Below the pieces are notes generated by a model. The model was given only the letters and a program-made list of their open reading frames with translations, searched no databases and had not been told where the DNA came from. Shown in pieces: positions 1 through 9,485 of a stretch of DNA of 64,000 bases (the first letter of the stretch is position 1; each line of letters begins with the position of its first letter). The position numbers and the translations under genes were made by a program. The stretch lies in contig JALHMH010000003.1 in NCBI GenBank assembly GCA_022844165.1, positions 184,890 through 248,889 of the forward strand, read 5' to 3'. The stretch is from Lysobacterales bacterium. GTDB lineage: Bacteria; Pseudomonadota; Gammaproteobacteria; Xanthomonadales; SZUA-5.

Positions 1-89
1 CCGCAGCGTTGCAGCAAGTCTTGCGACGACTCCGACAGTCGCCCGGATTTTTGCACTGCGATGCGCAGGCGATCGCGTGGTTTGCTCAT
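1..89 (-). CDS. hisG: ATP phosphoribosyltransferase, N-terminus only (runs off window)
   Basis: Manual translation of minus strand from ATG at 89 gives MSKPRDRLRIAVQKSGRLSESSQDLLQRC, the HisG N-terminal RIAVQKSGRL motif; AAGGA RBS upstream. Confidence 0.9.
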   Translation of the reverse strand, partial: MSKPRDRLRIAVQKSGRLSESSQDLLQRC

Positions 90-169
90 GATGTTGTCCT
101 TCGTGGCTACGCCGCCGTAACGCGCCGCAACCTGGGGTGTGGTGATGGTGGCCGCTACCGCCGCGGAAC

Positions 170-490
170 TCAGGCCGGCTTCCGTTTTCGGCGCAGCCGC
201 TCGCTCGCCAGTTGGTAACCGCTGTGATCCGCTGTGAGGCAACGCGCCACGCGCCCGATGGTGGTTACGCTCACTGCCGTCAGATCGTGAATGTCGCGGT
301 ACGGCACGCCCTCGACCAGATACGGCACCACCGACCACCGATCGGCCAGCGCTTCGAGTTCGGCGGGGGTCGTCAGATCCTTCAAAAAAGCATGCATCTC
401 ATCCACCGAACGCAACGTCAACAGCGCTTCGCACAGCGCCGCTTCTGCATGCGACCTGGATGCCACCGGAGCCACGAATCGACGCTTCAT
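170..490 (-). CDS. TrpR-like (YerC/YecD, HisR-type) transcriptional regulator
   Basis: FLKDLTTPAELEALADRW...GVPYRDIHDLTAVSVTTIGRVARCL is the YerC/TrpR signature; directly upstream of hisG; start placed at MKRR (490). Confidence 0.88.
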   Translation of the reverse strand: MKRRFVAPVASRSHAEAALCEALLTLRSVDEMHAFLKDLTTPAELEALADRWSVVPYLVEGVPYRDIHDLTAVSVTTIGRVARCLTADHSGYQLASERLRRKRKPA

Positions 491-514
491 AGTGTAATAG
501 CGCGTTAATACATT
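491..514. promoter_or_regulatory. TrpR-type operator palindrome, putative HisR site
   Basis: AGTGTAATAGCGCGTTAATACATT is an AT-rich imperfect palindrome (TGTA.TA.CGCG.TA.TACA) abutting the regulator start codon. Confidence 0.65.
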
Positions 515-788
515 GGCGCGGACCATAGACGAGCGCCAGAGAGCCGTCAAGCGAACCGCGCAATCTGACCCGCATACTTCACGAGGTCGCGAGGAAATGG
601 TTGATTTCGTAGCAACGGCGAGGAATTCTCGACGTTGATCGATACGACGGGCTGTACGCTGCCATTTCTTCGCTCAGGCGGCTGCGCTCCCAGCTTCGCT
701 CCTCCGGCCAACGTATCCATGCGTCGCGATTGCGGATGCGCGAGGGCAATTCGCAGCCGTACGCGGCGTGAAGGTCCCGCATTGAATC

Positions 789-1535
789 TCAGAGAGTCAC
801 GAGCGCCTGGCGCAGGATGGCGACCGCTCGCGCCATACCGATCTTCAGCGTGCGCTCGATGTCTTCCATCGTGATCTCCGCTTCTGGCCCACGCCCGGCG
901 GCCCAATTGGCGCTGACCGCAAGACTGGCGTAGTCGATATCCAGCTCGCGAGCGAGCGCCGCCTCCGGCATCGCGGTCATGCCGACAACATCGCAACCGT
1001 CGCGATGCAGGCGCGCGATTTCGGCGCGGGTTTCCAGGCGCGGCCCCTGGGTGACCGCCATGACGCCGCCATCGTGCGCGCTCTCATGGCAGCGGCGCGC
1101 AGCGTCGAGCCAGATCTGGCGCAAACCTGGCGTGTAGGGCTCGGATAGATCAATGTGGCGGACCGCTTCGCCGTATTGATCGCTAAAGCTGCTGACCCGG
1201 CTATGTGTGTAGTCGATGATCTGATCGCAGACCACGAGTGCGCCCGGAGGTGCGATGTTGGAAATGCCGCCGACGGCGTTAATCGACAGCAGCGAATGCA
1301 CGCCGACCTGCTTTAGCGCCCACAAGTTGGCGCGATAATTGACACGATGCGGCGCAAGTCGATGCGGATCGCCGTGGCGCGCGACGAACACGACTTCCAC
1401 ACCATCGAGCTTGCCGCGTTTGAGTGGGCTGGTAGGTTCGCCGAAAGGGGTCGACCAGGGTTCATGGCGAACGTCGGTCAGATCGGGCAGGTGGTAAAGG
1501 CCGGTGCCGGCGATGACGCCAATCGGATTGCTCAT
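789..1535 (-). CDS. mtnP: S-methyl-5'-thioinosine/thioadenosine phosphorylase (MTAP family)
   Basis: IGVIAGTG, ARHG..H..PHRVNYRAN, GPRLETRAE and VVGMT motifs. Confidence 0.9.
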   Translation of the reverse strand: MSNPIGVIAGTGLYHLPDLTDVRHEPWSTPFGEPTSPLKRGKLDGVEVVFVARHGDPHRLAPHRVNYRANLWALKQVGVHSLLSINAVGGISNIAPPGALVVCDQIIDYTHSRVSSFSDQYGEAVRHIDLSEPYTPGLRQIWLDAARRCHESAHDGGVMAVTQGPRLETRAEIARLHRDGCDVVGMTAMPEAALARELDIDYASLAVSANWAAGRGPEAEITMEDIERTLKIGMARAVAILRQALVTL

Positions 1536-2071
1536 ACGGCGTAGATTCCTCCCAGGTTGCGACCACGTTCGTGCATGTCCATTCCGCAGCCGAACACGTA
1601 GCGGTCGGGCACCTCAAGGCCGACAAAATCGGCGCGCAGCCCTGGCACGCAGCGGTCGTGAAGTTTGCGCGCCAATACGGCGATTCGAACACTCCTGGCG
1701 CCGCCGCGCGTAGCCATTTCAACCAAAGCCGCCAGCGTTTTACCTTCGTCGAGAATATCGTCGACGAACAGCACATCGCGCCCGGTGAATGGCTGGCGTG
1801 GTTTCGCTTTCAGTTCCATCCATGCGCCAGTGGTGGCGCCGCGATAACGCGTTGCGTGCAGATAATCGAAATCCAGATCCAGGTCGATGCGCGGCGCCAA
1901 TTTCCCAGCAAGAATCAGCCCGCCGGTGAGCACACAGATGTAATGCGGCCGCATGCCACGCATCGCGACCGTGATCTCATCGCCCATGCGCACAATGGCG
2001 CGATCGATCGATGCTTCGTCGTGGATCAGGTCGGCTCGTTTGAGAGCGGCTTCGAATTCGGCATCGGTCAT
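1532..2071 (-). CDS. hpt: Hypoxanthine-guanine phosphoribosyltransferase
   Basis: PRPP-binding motif VLFVDDILDEGKTL; DRYVFGCGMD. Confidence 0.9.
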   Translation of the reverse strand: MTDAEFEAALKRADLIHDEASIDRAIVRMGDEITVAMRGMRPHYICVLTGGLILAGKLAPRIDLDLDFDYLHATRYRGATTGAWMELKAKPRQPFTGRDVLFVDDILDEGKTLAALVEMATRGGARSVRIAVLARKLHDRCVPGLRADFVGLEVPDRYVFGCGMDMHERGRNLGGIYAV

Positions 2072-3081
2072 AGGGGCGACGACTCATCAAACAGATTGTG
2101 CAGCCTAGCGTTCCAATGTGACCACGTCGAGCGTGCGAGTTCCTTCCGCAGCCCCGCGCGTAAGTCACCGCGCAAGGCGCCGGCCAGTTTGCGGCTGACA
2201 GCAAAGCCACTCGACACAGACAGCGCGTCTTCGACAATCTCCGGGCTGCAAACCAGAACCAGGTCGCAGCCTGCGGTGCGGTGTGCGTCGAGCCGTAGTT
2301 TGATCGCACCGAGCGCCGCGCCGGCCAACATGCCGATGTCGTCGGAAATCACAATGCCGTTGAACCCGAGTGCGCTCCGGAGCGCCGTCTTGATCCAGAA
2401 CGGCGAGTACCCTGCGGCCTCGGGCGCGACCTGCGGGTACTCGACGTGACCCATCATCACCGCGCGCGCTAAAGCCCCGGCCATCGCGAACGGCAGCACG
2501 TCCTCTTCGAAGATCGCCAGCGACGGGCGCTGATCGATGGCGCGATCGAAATGGGTATCGGCCAGCACGCTGCCATGCCCAGGAAAATGCTTGAGCGTGG
2601 CTGCCATGCCGGCGCGCTGCATCGCATCGACGTATACCGTCACCAGTTCAGCACAAATCGCCGGATTGGCATGAAACGCGCGATCGCCGATCGCCAGGTT
2701 GCCACGTAACAGGTCCGCGACCGGTGCGAAGCTCAAGTCGAGGCCGGCATCCAGTACCTCGGCGACCATGATCGTTGCGTGCAAGCGTGCCGCACGCCGT
2801 GCGGCCACAGGATTGCTGTCATACAGCGCGCCGATTCGCGCCAGCGATGGCAGTAGCGTGAACCCGGTCTTGAAACGCTGCACACGTCCGCCTTCCTGGT
2901 CGACCGCGATCAAGGTGTCGGGGCGCAGCGCACGGATGTCAGCACATAGTGCTCTGAGCTGTTGGCGGTCGGCGAAGTTGCGCGTGAACAGAATCACGCC
3001 CGCGACTGCCGGATGCGCGAGCCAGTGTCGTTCTTGCGGCGCAAGTTCAAGCCCGGCGAGGCCGATCATCAACGCGCTCAT
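2068..3081 (-). CDS. nagZ: Beta-N-acetylhexosaminidase (GH3)
   Basis: AVDQEGGRVQR, KHFPGHG..ADTH and ISDD motifs; start at MSALMIG, overlapping the CYTH stop (ATGA). Confidence 0.93.
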   Translation of the reverse strand: MSALMIGLAGLELAPQERHWLAHPAVAGVILFTRNFADRQQLRALCADIRALRPDTLIAVDQEGGRVQRFKTGFTLLPSLARIGALYDSNPVAARRAARLHATIMVAEVLDAGLDLSFAPVADLLRGNLAIGDRAFHANPAICAELVTVYVDAMQRAGMAATLKHFPGHGSVLADTHFDRAIDQRPSLAIFEEDVLPFAMAGALARAVMMGHVEYPQVAPEAAGYSPFWIKTALRSALGFNGIVISDDIGMLAGAALGAIKLRLDAHRTAGCDLVLVCSPEIVEDALSVSSGFAVSRKLAGALRGDLRAGLRKELARSTWSHWNARLHNLFDESSPL

Positions 3082-3548
3082 CTGTGCCATCGCGTAAAAG
3101 GCAATTTCGCCAGGCGCACATTGTAGTAGCGCTCGTCGTTCGTCACCTCGATGCCGAGCCAATCCGGGCGAGGAAACTCCGCGTCCTCGTTGGGCAACTC
3201 CAACTCAGCGACGATCAAACCGGAGTTTTCGCCGTGAAATTCGTCAATCTCGAACACGAAGTTCGCCATGTTGATGTAATGTCGAGTTTTACTCAACACC
3301 GGCCCATCGGCAAATTGCCTGATCATCTCGTGCGCCTCATCAACGGGGATGGCGTATTCGAACTCCAGCCGGGCCGCGCCGCGATCCAGGCTCTTCAGAT
3401 TGAGCCATGCCGCCTCGCCCGCGATCCGCACTCGCGTCGAGCACCGTGTTCCGCCGAGATACGCCTGACTCATGTGTGCGCTACGTCCAACCAACGCACG
3501 CCAGCTGTCGTTGGCCAGCAAAAACTTACGTTCAATTTCGATGGGCAT
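3078..3548 (-). CDS. CYTH domain protein
   Basis: N-terminal EIERKFL (ExExK); EIDEF..EN.GLIVAELE; PDWLG.EVT. Confidence 0.92.
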   Translation of the reverse strand: MPIEIERKFLLANDSWRALVGRSAHMSQAYLGGTRCSTRVRIAGEAAWLNLKSLDRGAARLEFEYAIPVDEAHEMIRQFADGPVLSKTRHYINMANFVFEIDEFHGENSGLIVAELELPNEDAEFPRPDWLGIEVTNDERYYNVRLAKLPFTRWHR

Positions 3549-3635
3549 AACGCTCCCTGGAAGAGCACATTTTCGCAGCGCCGATTCAAGTATCGGCAGG
3601 TCCGGGCGCGGCGGCAGCCGTGCCCACTCCGGGCA

Positions 3636-4397
3636 TCAGCTGCGCAAGCCCACGCCCTGACGCAGCAGATGCAGGCAGAAGACGAATAACACCGCCGTCA
3701 TGCCGATCATGATGGCAAACGCTACCCACAGATTGACATCAGACTCGCCCAATACGCCATAACGAAAGGCATTGACTGTGTACAAGATCGGATTGGCGAG
3801 CGAGACGTTCCGCCAAAATTCTGGAAGCAGATTGACGGAGTAAAAAACGCCTCCGAGATAGGTCAAAGGGGTGAGGATGAACGTCGGGATGATCGAAATA
3901 TCGTCGAACTTCTTCGCGTAGACCGCGTTGACGAATCCGGCCAGTGAAAACAAAACAGCTGCGACGAAAACACTGAGCAGCATGATCCACGGATGTGCAA
4001 TCGACAAGTCGGTGAATAGCAGCGATACGATCAGCACGATGCCGCCGACGAGCATGCCGCGCATCACGCCGCCGGCGACATAACCGGCCAGGATGATCCA
4101 GTTCGGTGTCGGCGACACCAACAGCTCTTCGACATAGCGGCCAAATTTGCTGCCAAAGAACGAGCTGACCACGTTGGCATAGGCGTTCTGGATGACACTC
4201 ATCATGACCAGGCCCGGCACGATGAAGTCCATATAGCGATGACCGCCCATCTCGCCGATGCGGCTACCCACGAGCTGGCCAAAAATCAAGAAGTACAGCG
4301 TCATGGTGATCGCCGGCGGTACCAGGGTTTGACCCCAGATGCGCAGAATGCGGTTAACTTCTTTGATGACGATGGTCTGGAATGCAATCAGCGACAT
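3636..4397 (-). CDS. ABC-2 transporter permease (YadH-like)
   Basis: IWGQTLVPPAITMTLYFLIFG, PLTYLGGVFYS; six TM-like segments; start at MSLIAF. Confidence 0.9.
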   Translation of the reverse strand: MSLIAFQTIVIKEVNRILRIWGQTLVPPAITMTLYFLIFGQLVGSRIGEMGGHRYMDFIVPGLVMMSVIQNAYANVVSSFFGSKFGRYVEELLVSPTPNWIILAGYVAGGVMRGMLVGGIVLIVSLLFTDLSIAHPWIMLLSVFVAAVLFSLAGFVNAVYAKKFDDISIIPTFILTPLTYLGGVFYSVNLLPEFWRNVSLANPILYTVNAFRYGVLGESDVNLWVAFAIMIGMTAVLFVFCLHLLRQGVGLRS

Positions 4398-4467
4398 GGG
4401 ACAGATGCTCGGAGCGGAACAACAATCGTCAGCGAAACAACAATCTTGGGGTGCGACGGCGAGTACA

Positions 4468-5394
4468 TCAGGCTGCTCTACCCTTGGCATCATCCAACAG
4501 ATTCATGAACAGCTCTTCCAATCGGTTCGTCTTGTTGCGCATCGAGCGCACGCCGATGCCTGCTCCGCTGAGCGCGCCGAACAAAGCGTTGAGCTCAGTG
4601 CCGCGCGGCACTTCGATTTCAATCGTCAACTCGTCGATACGCGTGACCCGATAGCCGCCAAGTTCAGGCAACGTTTCAATGGGTCGCGCCAGGTCGAAGA
4701 TGAAGTGTTCCCGGTCTAGTTTGCCGAGCAGCTGTTTCATCCCGGTGTGCTCGATGATCGTACCGCGGTCGATAATGGCAATGTTCCGGCAGAGGTTTTC
4801 GGCCTCTTCAAGATAATGCGTCGTTAGTATCACGGTAGTGCCGGCACGGTTGATGTCTGTCAGGTAGGTCCACATCGAGCGGCGGATTTCAATATCCACG
4901 CCGGCCGTTGGCTCATCGAGAATCAGCAGGCGCGGCTCGTGCATCATCGCTCGCGCAATCATGAGCCGGCGCTTCATGCCACCCGAGAGCGTGCGCGACG
5001 CAACATCCTTCTTGTCCCAGAGGGTCAGCTGATTCAGGTACTGCTCGGCGCGGCGTTTGGCGAGTTCACGCGGTACGCCGTAATAACCGGCTTGGTTGAC
5101 CAGGATTTCGAACGGCTTCTCGAACTGATTGAAGTTGAATTCCTGCGGGACCAGGCCGATGTGCGCCACGGCTGCCATACGGTCGGTGACGACGCTTTTG
5201 CCGAAAATGCGCACGTCGCCAGAACTCGGGCGCACCAGCGAAGAGGCGATACCGATCAAGGTTGACTTGCCCGCGCCGTTCGGCCCGAGCAGCGCGAAGA
5301 AATCGCCTTGCGCCACGTCCAGCGAAATGCCTTTGAGCGCCTCGACACGATTGCCATAGGTCTTCTTCAGATGAGTTGCCGAAAGCGCGTGCAC
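4468..5394 (-). CDS. ABC transporter ATP-binding protein (YadG-like)
   Basis: Walker A GPNGAGKST, signature LSGGMKRR, Walker B LILDEP. Confidence 0.93.
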   Translation of the reverse strand: MHALSATHLKKTYGNRVEALKGISLDVAQGDFFALLGPNGAGKSTLIGIASSLVRPSSGDVRIFGKSVVTDRMAAVAHIGLVPQEFNFNQFEKPFEILVNQAGYYGVPRELAKRRAEQYLNQLTLWDKKDVASRTLSGGMKRRLMIARAMMHEPRLLILDEPTAGVDIEIRRSMWTYLTDINRAGTTVILTTHYLEEAENLCRNIAIIDRGTIIEHTGMKQLLGKLDREHFIFDLARPIETLPELGGYRVTRIDELTIEIEVPRGTELNALFGALSGAGIGVRSMRNKTNRLEELFMNLLDDAKGRAA

Positions 5395-5570
5395 TTGGGC
5401 TCAGGGTCGACTGCGAGGCGGCGCAGTATAGAGGCAGGTCGGCGCCCCGAAACCTTCGGTCCGCCGTTCCTGATTCGCACTTCGGCGCTTTGCGACCGAT
5501 GGCACCTGACAGCGAATGCCCTTTGCGCTAATGTCCGCGGTCATTTTTTGCACGTCGAAGGATTGCACCG

Positions 5571-7730
5571 ATGAGATCGCTTGCAGTGGCCGTCGCTCTG
5601 AGTTTCGCTGCATCGCATGCAGTGGCTGTCGAAGGCATGTGGCAACCGCATCAGTTGCCGGCGATCGAGGCGCAGTTGAAGGCTGCGGGCATCGCCGTCG
5701 ATCCGAAGGCGCTCAAAGAACTCACGCAGTATCCGATGAACGCTATCGTGGGCCTGGGTTTTTGCACCGCCTCCTTCGTTTCGCCGATGGGCCTTGTGGT
5801 GACCAATCACCATTGCGCGTATGGCTCGATTCAATTCAACTCAACGGCGGAAAAGAACTTGCTTCGCGACGGCTTTCTGGCGGCGAATCTGGGCGATGAG
5901 TTGCCTGGCGAACCGACGCTGCGGGTTTATGTGACCGAGTCAATCACCGAAGTGACCGACAAGGTGCGCGCTGATCTGAGCGATACGATGAGCGGTCGTC
6001 AGCGTTTCGATGCGATCGACAAAAACCAAAAAGCGCTGGTTGCCGAGTGCGAAGCCACCAAGGGCTTCCGTTGCGATGTTTACGTGTTCCATGGTGGCGC
6101 ATCGTATTTTTTGATTCGGCAGATGGAAATCCGCGACGTGCGTCTGGTGTACGCGCCCGCCGAAGCGATCGGCAAGTTTGGTGGCGATATCGATAATTGG
6201 ATGTGGCCTCGCCACACCGGCGACTTTGCGTACTATCGCGCCTACGTGGGACCTGACGGTCAGCCGGCAGATTTTAACGAAGCCAACGTGCCATACCGGC
6301 CCAGGTCGCATCTAAAAGTGCAGCCAGCAGGCGTGAAAGAGGGCGATTTTGCGATGATCGCCGGCTATCCGGGGCGCACCAACCGATATCGGCTCAGCGA
6401 AGAGGTTGGCGATGTTATTTCCTGGGGTTATCCGACCCAGATTCAGCGCTTCAAGGACTTACTCGCAATCATCGATCGCGAAACCAAAGACCGGCCAGAC
6501 GCAGCGATCAAGTACGCAGGCGCGGTCGCCGGTCTCAACAATGGGCTGAAGAACTTCGAGGGCAACCTCGAAGGGTTCGCCAAAATCGATGGCGTCGGCA
6601 TCAAGCAGGCAGAAGAGCAGGCGATCATCGAGTGGGCAAAAACCAACGATCCGGCCGGTGTCGCTGGGTTCGATGCATTAAAATCGATGCTCGCCCAAAC
6701 ACGTGCTCGCCGCGACCGCGATCAACTGCTGGGATTGATGGCACAAAGCGGCGCACTCACCACAGCGCAAACGCTGTATCGGCTTGCCGTCGAGCGGCGT
6801 AAGCCGAACGCCGAGCGTGAAGTGGGTTTTCAGGAGCGCGACGAGATCCGCATCGAAGGGCGGCTCAAGCAGCTCGATCGTCGTTACGACCCACAGACCG
6901 ATCGTGCGCTACTCACCTATGTGCTGGGCGAGTACTTAAAGCTCCCCGCCGAGCAGCGTGTCGCCGAGCTCGATCGCTGGATGGGTGGTGATGAGTCGCC
7001 GACGTCAGCGCTGCTCAACGAGCGTCTGGATGATCTTTATGCAAAGACCAAGGTTGGCGATCTCGAGCAACGCCTGAAGTGGTTCAAGGCAGACCTCGCT
7101 GCGCTTGATGCCGAGTCCGATCCGCTCATCGCTTACGCGAAAGCGCTGTTCCCCGCTTCACTGCGGTTGGAGAATGAGCGTAAGTCCATCGCCGGCGATG
7201 AAACCCGTCACCGTCCAGCGTGGATGGCAACGCGTATCGCGTATGCCAAGGCGCAAGGTCGCGTGATCTATCCGGACGCCAACAACTCGCTGCGCGTCAC
7301 GTTCGGCAATGTGATGGGCTATCGCCCGCGCGACGGCGTGAGCTACGCGCCCTTTACCTATCTGGACGGCATTGTCGAAAAGCACACCGGCAAAGATCCC
7401 TTCGATGCCACGCAGCGCCAGCTCAAAGCGATCGCCGACAAGCGCTTTGGGCCGTACGCGGTCGACGGCCGCGTGCCGGTGAACTTCCTGGCTGATCTTG
7501 ATATCACCGGTGGAAACTCCGGCTCGCCGATGTTGAATGCGCGCGCAGAACTGATCGGCCTGGCCTTTGACGGCAACTACGAAGCGATCAGTTCTGGTTG
7601 GATTTTCAACGAAGAGCTGACACGCACCATCGGTGTCGATGTGCGCTACATGCTCTGGGTGATGGACGCCATCGATGGCGCGCACCGTTTGCTTGAAGAG
7701 ATGGGCATCAAGCCGGCGTTTGCTGAATAG
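5571..7730 (+). CDS. S46 family dipeptidyl peptidase
   Basis: Signal peptide followed by EGMW; TNHHC, DNWMWPRHTGDF, catalytic DITGGNSGSP. Confidence 0.93.
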   Translation: MRSLAVAVALSFAASHAVAVEGMWQPHQLPAIEAQLKAAGIAVDPKALKELTQYPMNAIVGLGFCTASFVSPMGLVVTNHHCAYGSIQFNSTAEKNLLRDGFLAANLGDELPGEPTLRVYVTESITEVTDKVRADLSDTMSGRQRFDAIDKNQKALVAECEATKGFRCDVYVFHGGASYFLIRQMEIRDVRLVYAPAEAIGKFGGDIDNWMWPRHTGDFAYYRAYVGPDGQPADFNEANVPYRPRSHLKVQPAGVKEGDFAMIAGYPGRTNRYRLSEEVGDVISWGYPTQIQRFKDLLAIIDRETKDRPDAAIKYAGAVAGLNNGLKNFEGNLEGFAKIDGVGIKQAEEQAIIEWAKTNDPAGVAGFDALKSMLAQTRARRDRDQLLGLMAQSGALTTAQTLYRLAVERRKPNAEREVGFQERDEIRIEGRLKQLDRRYDPQTDRALLTYVLGEYLKLPAEQRVAELDRWMGGDESPTSALLNERLDDLYAKTKVGDLEQRLKWFKADLAALDAESDPLIAYAKALFPASLRLENERKSIAGDETRHRPAWMATRIAYAKAQGRVIYPDANNSLRVTFGNVMGYRPRDGVSYAPFTYLDGIVEKHTGKDPFDATQRQLKAIADKRFGPYAVDGRVPVNFLADLDITGGNSGSPMLNARAELIGLAFDGNYEAISSGWIFNEELTRTIGVDVRYMLWVMDAIDGAHRLLEEMGIKPAFAE

Positions 7731-7739
7731 GAGTGTTCG

Positions 7740-7764
7740 CAGCGAGCACGGGGCGTGCTCGCTG
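7740..7764. terminator. Hairpin between convergent genes
   Basis: CAGCGAGCAC-G-GGG-C-GTGCTCGCTG perfect stem; no U-tract. Confidence 0.5.
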
Positions 7765-7768
7765 TGAC

Positions 7769-8350
7769 TCAAATCAGCGCAGCTGCTTCGCGCAAATACA
7801 TGGCGGTCTGCGGCAGCCGGTTACGTTCAAGCGCATCGATGAACGATTCTGGCGTAAACGGCGGATTGCGTAGTCGATCGCGCATTTTCTTGAACGCCGT
7901 CAGCACCCGCAGAGGATCCAATTCAATTTGGGCGATCAAGAACTCGTCGGGATGCAGCACTTCGATTCCAAATGAAGATACTGTGGAGTCAGGAAAGTCG
8001 CGTAGGTTGAAGGTGACAATGCAGTCCGCATGTCCGCTGATAGCGGCCGCCAGGACATGTTGATCATCCGGATCTGGCAGGCTCAGGCTTTTCTCTAAGG
8101 GCAGCCAGGCGGATTCTGAGACTTCCCAATCCGGGCAAGCCAAGTGCATTTGCTCGCAGCGATCGCCAAAAAAGCCCTTTGGCTTGCCCTTTTCGGACTC
8201 CAGATTTCGCGTCCACTCTTCGTCAATCTTGCGTGTCCATTTGGCGGCATAGATGCCTGTAGCGGCGACGCTCAACAGAGCGTCGCAAACGCAAATGGGT
8301 AACAACACGCAGGCGTCGAGCAGTACCGTGTAGCGAGCATGTCCGGCCAT
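7769..8350 (-). CDS. PIN domain protein, putative toxin
   Basis: VLLDACVL and LPDPDDQHVLAAAI..HAD.IVTFNLRDFP PIN acidic motifs. Confidence 0.88.
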   Translation of the reverse strand: MAGHARYTVLLDACVLLPICVCDALLSVAATGIYAAKWTRKIDEEWTRNLESEKGKPKGFFGDRCEQMHLACPDWEVSESAWLPLEKSLSLPDPDDQHVLAAAISGHADCIVTFNLRDFPDSTVSSFGIEVLHPDEFLIAQIELDPLRVLTAFKKMRDRLRNPPFTPESFIDALERNRLPQTAMYLREAAALI

Positions 8351-8358
8351 GAGCCCGA

Positions 8359-8826
8359 TCAGTACGTCAGGCCCAGGTCCTGAGCGTTTCTTGCCATTCG
8401 CTCTAAAGCGGCCTCCTGCCTAGCACGCATACCTGCGGCGTATTCCAACACGTCGTCGTACAGGACCCGGCGATGGGAGCCGACTTTGCGATGTTTCATT
8501 CGACCCTCATCGATTTCCTTGATCACAAAAGGGCGCGAGACATTCAGAAAATTGGCGACTTCGACCGTCGACAACTCTTGTTTTTGCGGTACAAGCACGA
8601 TTGGCCTGCGCTGGGACATGAGCCCCAGCACTTTGCCGATGAACTTCAGAACGTTGGGTGGCACGGATACCGCTGGAATCGACTCGCTGTCGCTGACCAA
8701 ACTGATCCGCGCAGCGCGGCCATGATCGAGCGACTCGATAATCAGGCGTTGCGCAGCATCCACCATCGCAGCATCGTCGGCGCTCAACTCGGGAGGCACC
8801 AAACGATCCTTGTCGAGCGTAGCCAT
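8359..8826 (-). CDS. Excisionase-like HTH DNA-binding protein, putative antitoxin
   Basis: ELSTVEVANFLNVSRPFVIK..DEG....RKVGSHRRV (HTH_17); directly upstream of the PIN gene. Confidence 0.88.
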   Translation of the reverse strand: MATLDKDRLVPPELSADDAAMVDAAQRLIIESLDHGRAARISLVSDSESIPAVSVPPNVLKFIGKVLGLMSQRRPIVLVPQKQELSTVEVANFLNVSRPFVIKEIDEGRMKHRKVGSHRRVLYDDVLEYAAGMRARQEAALERMARNAQDLGLTY

Positions 8827-8855
8827 GCACTTCTCCTTGAGAGAGGATAGTCAAC

Positions 8856-8899
8856 TATAGTGCGCAAGTGCAATAAATGCAGCAAGTGAAACATGTTCG
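8856..8899 (-). promoter_or_regulatory. TA promoter with ~9-bp direct-repeat operator
   Basis: Minus-strand TATAGT -10-like box; plus-strand degenerate repeats GCGCAAGT/GCAATAAAT/GCAGCAAGT/GAAACATGT. Confidence 0.45.
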
Positions 8900-8900
8900 T

Positions 8901-9485
8901 TCACGCCCGAAATCGTGGCAGCGCATCCACGATATGCTGCAAGCGCTCGCGTGCATTCGTCATTTCCAGCATCCGCTGACGCTCGGGCAGGGAGAAGGGC
9001 AACATCTCGGCGAGGCGATGGCTGACCCAACTGGCGTCGTCCAGTTGCGCTTTGCTGGGCGCCGCTCCCGGCAGCAGATTTTCGATGAGGTTGCTGGCCA
9101 GAGTGCCGAGCAATGCGTACTCAGGTGGAAGCGGTTCGCCGGGTTCGGCCAACAGCGTCGAGATTTGGCCGAGCAGCAAGCCGTCGTCACGCGAATGCGC
9201 GCGATCGACATGAAAGCGCACACCGCCCTGAACGCGAATGCCGAGCAGTCCATCGGGCAAGGCATCGAAGTCGACGATATGCGCCAACGTGCCTGTAGCG
9301 ACGACACTGGAGGCCTCGCCAGCTTCCTGTCCACGCATCAGCAGCAACACACCAAAAGGCTTACCATCTCGCGTGCAGTCGCGAACCATCGATAAGTAGC
9401 GCGGCTCAAAAATGCGCAGATTCATTTGGCCGCCAGGAAACAGCACGGTCGATAACGGAAACAGCGGCGTGTCGGGCTGGCTCAT
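8901..9485 (-). CDS. LON peptidase substrate-binding domain protein
   Basis: PLFPL.TVLFPGG.M.LRIFEPRYL.MV motif; no ATPase domain. Confidence 0.9.
   Translation of the reverse strand: MSQPDTPLFPLSTVLFPGGQMNLRIFEPRYLSMVRDCTRDGKPFGVLLLMRGQEAGEASSVVATGTLAHIVDFDALPDGLLGIRVQGGVRFHVDRAHSRDDGLLLGQISTLLAEPGEPLPPEYALLGTLASNLIENLLPGAAPSKAQLDDASWVSHRLAEMLPFSLPERQRMLEMTNARERLQHIVDALPRFRA

Noticed and set aside
547-788. Small minus-strand ORFs between mtnP and the regulator
   Set aside because: No recognisable motif, and competing frames are equally plausible; left uncalled
8359-8826. Excisionase-like gene as evidence of a prophage
   Set aside because: No integrase or phage genes; pairing with PIN indicates a TA module
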